Positions 1-12,373 of a stretch of DNA of 64,000 nucleotides are shown piece by piece. The stretch is taken from positions 1,116,001 through 1,180,000 of the forward strand of contig NC_045696.1 in assembly GCF_009834535.1 (NCBI RefSeq). The letters are read 5' to 3'. This stretch comes from Camelus ferus (lineage: Eukaryota). Within the stretch, counting starts at the first letter, position 1; each line of letters begins with the position of its first letter. Under the pieces are notes generated by a model. That model was given only the letters and a program-made list of their open reading frames with translations, was not told where the DNA came from and made no database searches. Position numbers and translations under genes: made by a program.

Positions 1-838
1 GCGAGCCGACGCCGGGCAAACAACGGACTTCTGCGCATTGTTCTTTCTCTCCGCCACTGCGCTCGGCCGCATCAAAGGGGACCGCGCGCAATCCGACACC
101 GCGGCGAGCGCGGGGACAGAGGCCTGGCGGCCGGGGCGGTGCACAAAGGCTGCCCCGGGGAAACCTGGGCAGTTTTGCCTCAACAGGTTGTAAACTACAC
201 GGCTGCGCTCCGCACTGCCCTGTCCTTCCCGGAGACCTGCCAGACTCCGCGCGCGGGCACGCCGGGGCCCAGAGGTGTGACCCACTGCGGCCGCTCAGGC
301 CCTGGGAGGGACGAGGCCGGTGACGGATTCACAGGCCCGGCGGGCCGGCGTTGGATGTCCGGGCGTCTCCGAGCCACTGCGCGGGTAGTAGACGCCACCA
401 CGACCCTAGCCTGGAGACCTCGCCGGTCCTCGGCCAGCAGCGCTGTCTGCCGAGAGCACCAGCTTCCCCGCGAAGTCGCCATAGTTTGGTCACGACACGA
501 GGGACTCTGGACGCGGACGGGTCGGCACCATCTCCAGCCCAGCCCGCTCCCCGGGTCCCGCGGCGCGCCCAGCTGGCGCGAATCGCCGCGGCCGAGGAAT
601 GAATGGCCGGCGCGGGACACTCGGGACACACAGCCTCTGCCCGACCCCGTCGCCCTTCAGACCGCCGCCCGCGGGCCACCTGCGCGCGTGGGCAGAGCCG
701 GGGCCGCCTCCCGGGAGCGAAGCTGAGACAGGCTGGGCTGAGGCCGCCGCCTCCCGAGACCGGCCAAAGACCTGCGCAAAGTGCGGCGGGAGGCGGGCGG
801 GCCTGGTGCACACACTCTCGCGTCCCCGTCGGCTTTAC

Positions 839-933
839 CTGGCTCGGCGGACGCTGCGCTGACTCCGAGAAGCAGGACCAGGAGGCCGAGCAAGTCCAGG
901 AGGCGCTGCCGCCGCGGCTGCAGCCAGGGCCAC
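839..933 (-). CDS. COL18A1: Collagen XVIII alpha-1, short isoform, exon 2 (rest of signal peptide: (R)[31 protein letters not shown])
   Basis: 95-bp exon with acceptor ...ttgtgcccgcAG (935-934), branch point CCCTAAC (959-953) and donor AG|GTAAAG (838-833). The peptide closely matches the recalled human short-isoform signal peptide [35 protein letters not shown]. The gene continues beyond the left edge of the window. Confidence 0.95.
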
Positions 934-1032
934 CTGCGGGCACAAGCCACAGGTTAGGGAGCCGCGCGCGCCCCCGTCCCCGTCGGTGCGACCCCGTTGC
1001 CCCTGCCCGCCCGCAGCCCGCACGGCCCGCAC

Positions 1033-1043
1033 CTCGGCGCCAT
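1033..1043 (-). CDS. COL18A1: COL18A1 short isoform exon 1, coding part (ATG GCG CCG AG)
   Basis: Strong Kozak context gagcATGg at 1043-1041 and 11 coding nt, then donor AG|GTGCGG. It splices in frame to exon 2 over a 99-nt intron (934-1032). The 11-nt coding exon 1 matches the human structure, where the intron 1 acceptor is numbered c.12-2. Confidence 0.93.
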
Positions 1044-1140
1044 GCTCGGCGGGCCGGAGCGTCTGTACCGCAGGATGCTGCGCCCTCCACCACGGTGCAT
1101 CCGCTCGGCCAGCCGCGCTCTGGCCGCCGCCGGGACCAGG

Positions 1141-1275
1141 CCGGGGGCGGGGCTGGTCAGGGGGCGGGGCGGGTAGGCCGCGGGGAGCAGGGACGGGCCA
1201 GGGCAGTGGGCGGGAAGGGGGCGGGGCAGAGGGCAGGGTGGGGCCCGAGGCCCGCGGCCCGGGTCGGGCGGGGTG
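1141..1275 (-). promoter_or_regulatory. TATA-less GC-box (Sp/KLF) promoter of the COL18A1 short isoform; G-quadruplex-capable
   Basis: Repeated GGGGCGGGGC boxes at ~1144-1153, ~1161-1173 and ~1218-1227, plus many G-tracts, immediately upstream of exon 1. No TATA box is visible. Confidence 0.75.
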
Positions 1276-2952
1276 CGCGGTGCTGGGGCCTGGGGCGCCG
1301 AATACACGCGGAGCAGAGCGGGGTGCGGACCCGGGATCTGGTCACCGGCTGTTCCCCGGGTCCTAGCACCCCTGTGCTGCAGCCGCTCTTTCTCCCCCCA
1401 CCCCCAGTCCCCAGGCAGCGTGACCTGCCCCCGCCCCGGTAGGAGCTGCCCGCTGCCTGCCCGAGGCGGCGCATGGGGTTCAGGGCTGCAAACCCGGGGC
1501 AAGGTCCGCGCACACGCAGTGTGTCCAGCCTGGCCTTTATTCGGGAAGGGGATTCGCCCTCAGGCCGAGTTCCGTGGGGTCAGCGGGAAGGCGGGCGATT
1601 TGAACAAAGACGTTCCTGGACAAGGGACAGCGGATGGAGGAGGAGGAAGCTGGGGTCCTCCTGCCCCGCCTCGTGGGCGCCGCGGCAGCTCACCCCGCCT
1701 TGCCTCCGCCTGGGGCTGGGGCCTGGACGGTCGAGCTCCCCATGCCCGGCTCCCCACGGAGCGCCGCCGCCTGAAACGCTGCTGGCAGATGGGCCTGCTC
1801 CCCACGAAGGTTCTGGTGGCCGCCCTGGCGCTCTCCTGTCCCCAAAACCTGGCCCAGGAGGCCCCGCTCCCTGCTGGAGGCCCAGCTGCCTACCAGGGCC
1901 TTGCAGGCTCCCTGCAGCTCAGAGCTATGTCTGGCCTTCTCCATTTCCTCAGGCCAGTGCTGGGAGAACCCCCCACCCCCGCCTGACCTGAGGCCTCCAG
2001 CTCCTTCCTCCAGGCAGCTGCCCAACGGTCAGTCCTCAGACCACCCAACAGGCCTCTGCAGGCAACCAGAGCCCCTCACATCTGACCCCTCAAAGTAAAC
2101 TCACATTTCCCTGGGCCTGGTCCCCTAGAGCTGACCGGAAACGGCCCTTGGCTAGTAACTCAACTAAACCCTCAGGATTTGCCCCCCTCCTTCCCCATCG
2201 CCCCTTCCTGATCTGGGTCCATCTCCCGCCTGGACCCCCTGCCATGCAGCATCTGCAGTGTAGACTCCTGCCTACCCAGACTCTAGGCCTCTCCACACCT
2301 CTCCTGCCCACTCCTGAGACGTCCTGCTGGCCCCTCCCTGAGGCTCCCCTGACCTCACGCCCAAGCCAGACACCCTCCACACACCTCGCATATCCACCCA
2401 TTCTCACTACCGCTTCCCTGGACCTCAGCCAGCGTGCTGCTCCTGGACCATCCTGACAGTGGCCCTCAGCACCTCCCCCTGCCCCGGCTGGCTCTCCTGG
2501 CCTTGCCTCAGCCTCAGCAGAGGGGCTGCTGGGATTCCAATCCGATCGCGTCACCCTCCCCCACCCTGTCTGCTTTAGTCTTAAAAGGCCGTATGGATGC
2601 TGCTCTGCACCCCCAGGCCGCGCCTGCCCCGTCTTGCTGCGCCTGTCCACCTGCCCACACCAGCATCATTACCTGCCTTGGAACCTGGAGTTCTTCTCCG
2701 GGTTAGATGAAAAGGGAGCTCGTGGTTCACGGGGAGGAGAGAAAGCAACAGAGGACTGTGATCACATCTTTTAAAAATAAAAGAACAGCATCAAATAGAA
2801 ATGCCAAACTTCTGCTTCATGGCAGGGTGGGGTGAGGTCCATGTGGTGTGTGTGTCTGTCCATGTGTGTGTACAGAGGGGTGGAGGTGCGTGAGTCTGTG
2901 CATGTGTTGTTTTGGGATGATGTGTGGTGTGTGCACGCGTGTCTGTTGGTGT

Positions 2953-3558
2953 TGTCACCCAACCCAACTGGGGTCTGCTCGCAGCAAAGCCAACCCACTG
3001 ACACTGGGTTGTGGTGAAGGACAGCACAGTGTTGATTTCCGTAGGGCGGGCAGCTCATGCCCAAAAGACCCGAACCCCCCGACAGCTTCCAGGGAAGGCA
3101 ACATTTGGGGTGAGGGTTGCAGCTCATGGACTATCTTCTGATTGGCTGGTGGTGAGGTAACAGAGTGACATTTTGGAACCTTAATCATCAACCTTCGGGT
3201 TCCAACCAGTCTGGGTCTGCGTGCTAGTTATCAGCATGTAGTCACCATCCCGCACTGGGCGGGGGTCTTCGTTCCTGCAGAGGCGTTCACAGCCGTGCAC
3301 TGGATTGTTGTCCGTGTCTGAGAGGAGGAGCTGGACTGTTTAATCGCCGACTATTGTTCTAAGCTATCATTGCTTTTCTTGATCTGCTGCTTTTCCTCTG
3401 CTCTGCGTTCCCTTTCTTCCCTAATTGTTAACTTCTGGTGTCTGCCCTTTGGAACTCAAGGAAGGCCTAAGGGACTAAAGCTTTTTCTACCAACAAGAAA
3501 AGGGACACAGAGGGGCTTCTGTACCTGGGAAGGCCCTATAGGGTCCGGCCTGGTTTCG
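2953..3558 (-). mobile_element. ERV1-class solo LTR (~606 bp)
   Basis: TG...CG(A) termini and a 4-bp TSD GTGT (2949-2952 / 3559-3562). CCAATCAG on the minus strand at ~3138-3145. It interrupts a TG-rich simple repeat that continues on both sides. Confidence 0.75.
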
Positions 3559-3993
3559 GTGTCCACGTGCACCTGTGTGTGTGGTGTGTTCACATGAGTG
3601 GTCGGTATGTCCTGGGTCCTGATGTCGTCCCTTCTTGTGGCTCACAGCCCACCTGTCCACCTGTCCAGGGGCTGCAGCCCTGCTTCTAGGGGAGGAAGCT
3701 GAAGGGCACGTTCTCTGACCTCTTCCGTGTCACCTGCCCTCCAGGCCCGTCTGACCACGGGTCGGGGAAGGAGAGGCTGGAACAGGGCAGGCAGCGCTGG
3801 GGCCCTGACCACCCTGGGGCCCGGGGTTTACCACCTCTCCTCCCTCTCAGGTTAGAAGCTCCCCAGGCAGGGGTGAACCCACCTTTGTGGGCTTTGTGGG
3901 GAGGCCCAGCTTCCAGGGGCATCTTGTGTGATTAAAAGTGCTACAACACCAAATACAAAAATAGGACTTTTCAGTGTGAAACATTTGTGATGG

Positions 3994-4528
3994 TGTTACT
4001 GAGTCCAAACTTGTTCTGCTCGCCACACGACAGGCCAGTAAATCGGGAGATGAGGTGTTGGGGCAAGGAATGATGACTTTATTAGGAAAGCCAGCAGACC
4101 GAAAAGATGGCAGACTACTGTCTCGGAGAACCATCCTCCCCAAGTCAGAATTCGGGCTCCTTTTATACTAAAAGGGGGAGGGGTGTGGTTGGTTGGTGCA
4201 AACTTCTTGGTGTAAGAATTCTTTGTTCTTGGAATCCTTTGTTCTTGCAGCTGTTCAGGTGGGTCAGATCATGGTGTCCCTATAAACCTCCAACAAAACA
4301 AACGTTATTTTCCATTCTGCAACTTGTTATCTTTATATGAGCGCAAACGTTTTAATATCCTTAAGGTCAGAGCCTTGAGAATGGGCTCTCCTGTGTATTT
4401 CAGCCTGATGGCAACACTCTTTCACAAAAGGTGCGGAGCCAGCGAGACTAAGCCTAGGAAACAGGGCACAGGGTTAAAGCCAAAGGGACGGATGCAACAT
4501 GGAGTCAGATTTGTTCTTTTCTTTTATA
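3994..4528 (-). mobile_element. ERV1-class solo LTR (~535 bp)
   Basis: TG...TA(CA) termini and a 4-bp TSD ATGG (3990-3993 / 4529-4532). Minus-strand TATAAAAG (4167-4160) followed by AATAAA (4083-4078), in U3-R order. Confidence 0.85.
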
Positions 4529-7500
4529 ATGGCCGAACTCATAGCTGTGAAAATACGTATTTTGTGCTCTTTTTTTTCCACCGATCTCTGTGTCTCCACA
4601 CGTCCTATGGCTTTCACATCTTTTTCTTAGATTTTTATTTATTCACATATATATACAAGTAATATGTGATCACGCTAGAAAAATACACACTGTAGACGTG
4701 CACAAAGAAAAATAAAACCCCAGACGTCAGCGAGCAACATGAGCAGTGCATCTTCCTGCCCCGTCCTCCTCCACAAAGACCCCGGGGTGGGGGGAACTGT
4801 GTGGGGCTGGGGGTGCTGAGGCCCTTGCGGGCTCCTCAGTGGGGCTCAGAGTGGGCGGGATGGAGACAAAAGGCAGGAGACATCCAGGAGTTAAGGGCCT
4901 GGGGGTAAGCGGGCCTGGGGAGAGGGCCCACTTGAGCTAAAGGTGGTCTGGGACACTTGGTGCATTTGTGGGGTGAGCGGAGCTTAGAGAAACCGGGAGG
5001 AGCCGGCCTGAGCGCCATCCGGCCTCTTTCTTCTCTGTTCCCTGTGCTATTTGTCATCTCTCTCCACTGCTGAGGGTCTCACAGCCCCTTCCACAGGGAG
5101 AAATGACAAATGACAGAGAAGTGTTGTGCTTGTCCCAGCTCGTCCTGGTGAAACACAGGGTTGGGGTCTCCCGGACACCTGTCCAGCAGGGACCCACTAG
5201 CCCAGGATGCTTGACAGACATCTGCCCACGGCAGGGAAACAGAGGCTCTGCCCAAAAGTTTTTGATTTTATTTTAAATCAACACAAGGTTTTCCAAAACT
5301 ACAGTGGATCTACTGAAGTCTGTGGCCTGCCTGCTCCATGGGTGCATCCTGGGGAGGTCTTTGATTTGTGCAGGGAGTTGGGTGCACACAGGGCCAGCCA
5401 CACAAGGCAAGGCCGGGGGCAAGGAAAGGGCAGGACATCTGACCTCTGTCCAGGCTGTCCCTTCTCCCTGTGTCCAAAGGGACACCACCCAGCTCACTGT
5501 GCTACAAAAGTAACTTTTCATCCGGAAAGGAAGAAGAGTTCTGCGGTAGGCAGAGCCGGCTGTGAAAAGCTCAAGGTGTGTCCCAAAAGCGTATCTAGTT
5601 CCATACCGGGTTCCTTAATCACAGGGCCTGCCATGTCTGAGACACAGTCGCACGACCACCAAGGGACCAGCGCACCCCTGGCCCCTCGCGCTGGCCTCTG
5701 CTGGCCTCGGCCCCTCCGCAGCTTCCTCCTACCGCCCCAGTTTATTCTCTCCAGCACACTTGTCCCGACATGACTGGCTGGCCCCCTCGCTCACTGCCCT
5801 CACAGCCGCCCCCACCTGGTGCTCAGGTGGGGCACTGGGGAGTGTTTTATCTTTTTTGTGCTGCAGCTTTAGAGTGATGCCTGCCTCTGGGGGATGATCA
5901 GGGATGACCTGCCAGATGAAAGGCGAGAGTTGCCACTCCCTCTTGCAGGCCTGTGGATCTCAGCCCTGCCCGCCAGCCTCACCGGGACCTCGCCCTTCGA
6001 CCAGCCGGGCCCTGGGCCCTGGGGCAGGGCAGCCAACGAAGCGGCGGGGGGGGGGGGGTGTTGTTGGAGGGGGTCCTGTCGGCAGAATTCGGAAACATGC
6101 AAGTGAACAATGAGACCTACGTGCAATGATCTTACTTACGTCCCCGTGAAAAATCAACTTAGATGAGAAATGTTTATGAGGAAAAGCCACGCAGGCCACG
6201 TGGTGCTGTGATGGGAAACTCGAACGTGAGGCAGTGACGAGCACACTGGTAGAGGGGATTGTCTGAGTGTCACAAGGGGACGTTTATAGTGGTCTGGGGG
6301 CTGCCATTTCTCATCTCACTGCTGCACAGAAGTGCTTCCACTCTTGCTGAGTCACGGGGGGAAGGGGAGGGCCCCGAATTCTCAGGAGCATCATCTAGCT
6401 ACCTCGAACTTTCCACGTCTTGAGGACCGCCTTGTCCCCACGGAGGCCCATCAATAAAGGAAACGCATGTTGCCAGCATACACTGATGGGAGGAAGGGGT
6501 CCGGCGGTTCAACCCACCCTGTTTCCTGCCCACCTGGCAGCCTTCCAGCACAAACAGCACCCCCCCCCCAGCCCCTGGGTGTGGCCATGGCAAAGCTGCC
6601 TCGTGTCACCCCAGCTCCACTCCTGCGTGTCCCCCACCCCCCGGGATGAGCTGGAATGACGGCTCCGTGCAAACCAGCCCCCACCTGTGTACACGCCGCC
6701 AGCACCACACAGGCAACACATTCAAGATCGGCCCTGGAACATTTCCAGCCTGAATCAAGTCCTGACCCCACTCAGCGAGGCTGCGACCCTTGCCTTCCCT
6801 GCCCCGTCCCTACCCTCTGGGTCGGCAGACCTCAGCATGACAGCCCGGTCCTCAGAGCCGCCCCCCGCCCACCAGCACTCGCCACCACCTCAGGCTCGTT
6901 TACTTTCCTGCAGGGCACCTATGGCTAACGTTCTTTCTCCTGTATTTGCTCACTTGTTCATTTATTTGCTTGTGGCCTTCCCACTTCCCTCCAGTAGAAT
7001 TCAGATCCCCGAGGGTAGTGTCTTTGCTTTGTGCATCACTGGAGAGAATGAAGGGAGGGAGGAAAGGAAGAAGAAAGGCAGACGTATTTCAGCTGAGACT
7101 GGCATTTCAAAGTGCTCTTTGTCACGAGTGACACTGGGGCCCCAGGATGGAACCTGCAGGGTGGGACCAACTTGTACCACACAGATCCTCCAACCTCCTT
7201 CCCCACCACCCCTTGTCTGAGCATCCTTCTTCCACCCACCCTCGCCCCAATCAGAGCCAGAGCGGGCTGAAGACATACAGCTAACGCGATTACAGCTCAC
7301 AGTAAAAAACCCAAATGTTACTAATAAAGATAACGTCCCCTGACCTGCCTCTGAATCTCCATCTCCTGCCAAGTTATTCCCTGTCACTATACTTCCGCTG
7401 TTTTAAAAATGCATTTTATAGTTTTCTGTTACCCTAGCAATGTAGAAAGTTGTTTTGCAAAAATTCAAAACATATATGAGACAATGCTCGTGGTTCTAAA

Positions 7501-7659
7501 ACTTGTTTTATTAATACAATATGTGTTGTAGCTCCTTCCATGTCAGAATATGTGCCTTTACGCAAATGATTACACACATATTCCATGGAAATAGCATCCT
7601 TAGTGAGGCCATCATTAATGATATTTAGGTTGTTTTTAATGTTTCCTTAAAGCAATGTA

Positions 7660-10600
7660 CTGCCTTGAAAGAGATGGAAATGGCGAGACAGAATAAAACG
7701 GGTGATGCGGAGAAGGGAAAGCACAGTAAACAGATGGAGGATGGTCTTGACAGGCTTGTCTGTAAACTCACCTCCGCCGAGGAAAGAATCAGTGAATCTG
7801 ATAGTGACTCTATAGAAATTATCTAAATCGTAACACAGAAATGAGAGTTTCCAGAGATTAAATCCCGAAAGCCACATTAGAGCAAAAAATTAGGTGTTCT
7901 GATTTGATGCTTCTCACCTCCAGTTAGCAAAGAAGGGGGTCACATTTATATTTTTTCCCCACACAGGATGATACCTGAGAAGTTACGAGGTGAAGCACTA
8001 TGGGCATCAGTGGGAGACACACCTTCAGCTGCTTCGCTTGAACCGTGGATGGGTGTTTACGACCAGGCACGTTAGCCGAGGCGTTAAGAATGTCACCTGC
8101 GAAGCACATCCCAGAGCACGCGTGAGGCTAAAGGCCAAAAGTACTCAGGGACCACTGATTGCTTCTTGAACTCTAATGGGATGGCTAAGGTAATTAATCT
8201 CCAAATAAAGGAAATGGGTAGAAGCTGCATCACTTAATTCAAAACTCTTGAATTACAACCGAGAGTTGTGGCCTCTGGGGACAGAATGGATATAAACCTG
8301 ACCTCTAACTGGGAAATTTAAAATAGAATTTAGAAATGACTTTTCTACGGCTACCAGTGGGGAAAGGGGGTAGGAAGGGATAAGTTTGGAGTTCAAGATT
8401 TGCAGATACTAACTAATATATATTAAATAAACAAGAAGTTTATACTGTAGGGCACAGGGAACTATATTCAGTATCTTTTAGTAACTTATGGTGAAAAAGA
8501 ATATGAAAACAAATATATGCATGTTCATGTATGACTGAAGCATTATGCTGTACATCAGAAATTGACACAGCATTGTAAACTGACTATACTTCAATAAAAA
8601 TACATATACAAAATAAATTAAATAAATTGTAACATAAAGAATAAAAAGAGTGAAGAAGGAATGGGGCTGTGCATCCAAGAGTTGTGGGACAATATCAAAC
8701 AGTCTGATGTCCATATAATTGGAATCACAGAAAGAAAGCAGAGAAAAGAAAAAGAAAGAAAGAAAAGAAACAGAGAGAAGATTAAAGCAAACATCTGAAG
8801 AAAAATGGCTGAACATTTCCCAAGATTAATGACAGTCATCAAACCACAGATCAAGGAAGCACAGAGCACACGCATCAGGATAAACGTCCCCCCAAAGTAA
8901 AACAAACAAACAAAACAAAACAAAAAACCTCTGCACATGACATAGTCAAGCTGCCGAGAGAAAAAGACATAGAAAAAAAATCTCAAAGGCAGCTAGAGAA
9001 AAAAATAGATACACCACGTGAACAGAAATAAAGATGAGTTATAGCAGAATTCTCTTCAGAAACCATGCAAGGCAAATGGCAGTGAAGGAATGTCTTTATA
9101 AGCCTCAAAGAAAAGAAGTGTCTGTTCAGAATTCTATACCAGTGAAAATATCTTTAAAAAGTTAAGGCTGAAAAAAAGACTATCTCAGACAAGCAAGAAC
9201 TCCAGAAGTTTAATGCTGGCACACCTGCTCTAAGAGAAATGATAAATGACATTCATCAGTCAGGAAGAATATGATATCATTCTGCCAACTGGATCTTCAC
9301 CAAAAAATGAAGAGTACCCCAAACGCGAGAAATGAAGATAAGATACACTTTCTTTTTTCCCCTTGTTTTTAATTGCTATAAATTATAGCTTCTATTTAGA
9401 GGAAAAACAATAGCATTGTTCTGTGTTGATAGTATAAGAGTAAAATGCATGGTAATGACAGCAGGAAGGGTGGGAGGGAGAAATTGGGAATATATCATTG
9501 TGAGGCCGTTAAGCTGCATGTGAAGGGGTCTAATGCTCTTTGAAGGTAAATTCCAGTTACTGTAAGATTTATATTGTAAATCCTAGCGCAACCACTAAAA
9601 TGTTTTTAAAGAGGCAAAAGTAATAAATCAAAAAGACATAAAACAGAATGATAAAAAGTACTCAGTTCACGAAAAGGAGGCAGAAAATGAGTAAAAGGGA
9701 AACAAACAAACAAAAACAGGTGAAACAAATAGAAGACACCTAGCAAAGTTATCATTTTAATCCAATCACGAATGATCACATTAAACGTGAATGGCCTAAA
9801 CACACCAGTTAAAAGGTAGAGATGGTTAGATTGGATTTTTTTGTTAATCTATATTATGTTTACAAGAAATCCATGTTAAATATAGGTAGATTTACATCAT
9901 AAGGGGAAAAAATACAACATTCAATCACTAGCCAAAAGAAAGTCAGAGTAGCTATCTTGATATCAGCAGACTTTAGAAGAAGGAATATTTTCACAGATAA
10001 AGCAGGACACTAAATAATGGTGAAGGAATCAGTTCTCTAAGAGGACAGCACAGTCACAGATGAGCATGTACCTAAACAACAGGCTTCAAAATATAGGAAG
10101 CAAAACTGGAAGGAGAAATAGACAGGTTCCCAGTTAAAGCTGTCAACACTCTGCTGTTGATAATTGTTAGAACAAGCAGAAAGGAAAATACATCAGGGCA
10201 TCGAAGACATGAGCAAAGCTATAAACTACCTAGACTTCACTGATATTTACAGAAAACTCCATCCAGCAATAATTCTCAAGAAGAAGAATATATTCTTCCC
10301 AAGTGCATGTGGACATTCACAAAGATAGACCATATTCTGGCCATAAAATGTACCTTAACAAATTCAAAAGATATAAATCCTACACAGTGGCTATCTGTGA
10401 ACTTCCTAAATATTTGAAAATTTTAGGCAACATATTTCTGAATAAACCACAAGTCAGAGAGGAATCTCACAGAAATAAAAATATTATTTTAATTAACTGA
10501 AAATGAAAACACAACATACCAAAATTGGTGGAAGAAACTTAGCAGTGCTTAGCGGGAAACATGCTTATATTTCTAAATGTTCACATTAGAAAAGAAGAAA

Positions 10601-12373
10601 GATCTCAGAAAGATGGCCTCAGATTTCATCTCACAAAACTAGAAGGGGAAAAACAGACAAGTAAGCATGAAGGAAGTAGAAGAAAGCAAATACTACAGAT
10701 CAGGACAGAAACCAATGAATAGAAAACAGACAAATAATACAGAAAATTATTGAAACAAAAACTAGCTTTTTTGTTTCTTTTGTTTATTAGAAACTCTAGC
10801 CAAATTGATCAAGAGAAAAGAGTGCTAACGTAATTGCCAGTATCAAGAATGAAAGGATGAACATTACTACAGATCTTGCAGGATTTCAAAGACAATAAAG
10901 AGCATCACAAAGAATTCCACCTTGGCTAATGTATTCTGTAGTTGAGACAGAGCGTGCCGGTTCCTTGAAAGACACAGATTATCCACACTGATACAAGAAG
11001 AAATTTTAGAACTCTACATAGATCTATATCTGTTGAAAACATTGAATTCATAACTCAAAATCTTCCTAGAAAGAACACCCCTAGCCCAATAGCTTCGCTA
11101 GTGAGTATTCTAAGATATTTATTGAAGAAATAAGTGCAAATCTACACAAGCTTTTCCGTCAGATAGAGGAGGGAACTCTTCTCAGTTCATTTCATGAGGC
11201 CTGCACGCCCCTGGCATCAGACAAAGACACTACAAGAAGAGAAAACTGCAGACCAATACCCTTCATGAATGCACGTGCAAAGGTCCTTAGCAACAAGTTC
11301 ACAAATAAAGTCCAGTAAGATAGAAAAAGGATAGTACACCATGGCCATATAGGGTCTATTCCAGCAATGTAAGGTTGGCTTAACATTTAAAAACCAATGT
11401 GATTCACTGCAGTAATAGAATAATGGAGAAAAATCATAGGATCATTTCCCTAAATTCAGAAAATGAGTATGACAAAATTAAACACCTGTTCATTCTAAAA
11501 ATTTCAGCAAAGGAGTAGAAAGGGACTTCCTCATTCTGATAAGGGACATTCACCAAAAGCTTATGGATAACATGATACTTCATGTCGAAAAACTGAATGC
11601 TTTTTCCCTAAGACAAGGAACAAAGGTGCTACTCTCATCATTGCCATTCAATGTTTTTCTGGAGATCTTAGACAGGAAAGCCTTAGTCAAGAGAAAGAAA
11701 TAAAGGGTGTACAGACTGGAAGGGAAGAAATAAAAGTGCCTATTTGGACATGAGATAGATCATATATAGAAAATCTTGGGAATCTACATATAAGCTATTA
11801 GAAGTAATAAGAGAGTTTAGCAAGGCTGCAGGACATAAGGGCAATACGAAATTTGGTTGTATTTCTGTATTCTAGCAATGAAGTCTTGCAAATTAAATTT
11901 TACAACAACGCAGATACAGTAGCATAAAATCATGAACTACCTAAGAATAAAGTTAATAAAATACATGCAAGATCTGTATGCTAAAACTACAAAACACCAT
12001 GGAGAGATATTAAAGGAGATCCAAATAAAAAGATAGTTATGTCATGTGTTTGGATCAGAAGACTCAATATTGTTAGGATGTCAATTCTCTCAATACTGGG
12101 CTAAATTCCAGCAGATTTTGTTGGTAATATTAGCAAATTGCTTGTAAAATTTATATTAAAACGCAAAGGATCAAGAATAGTCAAAACAATGTCAAAAGGG
12201 GGAAAAAGTTGGAAAACATACTCTGCCTGATTTCAATAATTTGTCATAAAGCTTCAGTATATGAAACAGTGCAGTGCTGGTAAAAGGATAGACATTCAGA
12301 TCAATAGAAAAAAAGTAGAGAATCAAGAAGCAGATTCATGTGTGTATGGTTAGTTGATTTCCAGCAAAGGTGC
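7660..12373 (+). mobile_element. Old degenerate LINE-1 (L1M-type): ORF1 remnant, inter-ORF region, and ORF2 endonuclease/RT remnant
   Basis: A-rich. Endonuclease start motif ITLNVNGLNTPVKR at ~9776-9817. RT-region ENCRPIPFMNARAKVL at ~11241-11288 (cf. ENYRPISLMNIDAKIL). Ends near the LIFxKGA motif at ~12373. Many stops and frameshifts. Confidence 0.9.
8345..8622 (+). mobile_element. Younger artiodactyl/camelid L1 3' UTR fragment with poly(A) signal, nested in the old L1
   Basis: Similar to the L1 3' ends at 45350-45646 and 61840-62100. AATAAA at ~8593 followed by an A-rich tail. Confidence 0.85.

Larger units (their letters stand above)
1..1700. promoter_or_regulatory. CpG island spanning COL18A1 promoter 1, exons 1-2 and the start of intron 2
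   Basis: Very high GC with abundant undepleted CpG from the window start to ~1.7 kb; overlaps the first exons. The right boundary is approximate. Confidence 0.9.

Noticed and set aside
657..950. ORF-track protein [11 protein letters not shown]... as a standalone 97-aa gene
   Set aside because: Only 839-933 is coding (COL18A1 exon 2). The rest is intron, and the listed start is not an ATG.
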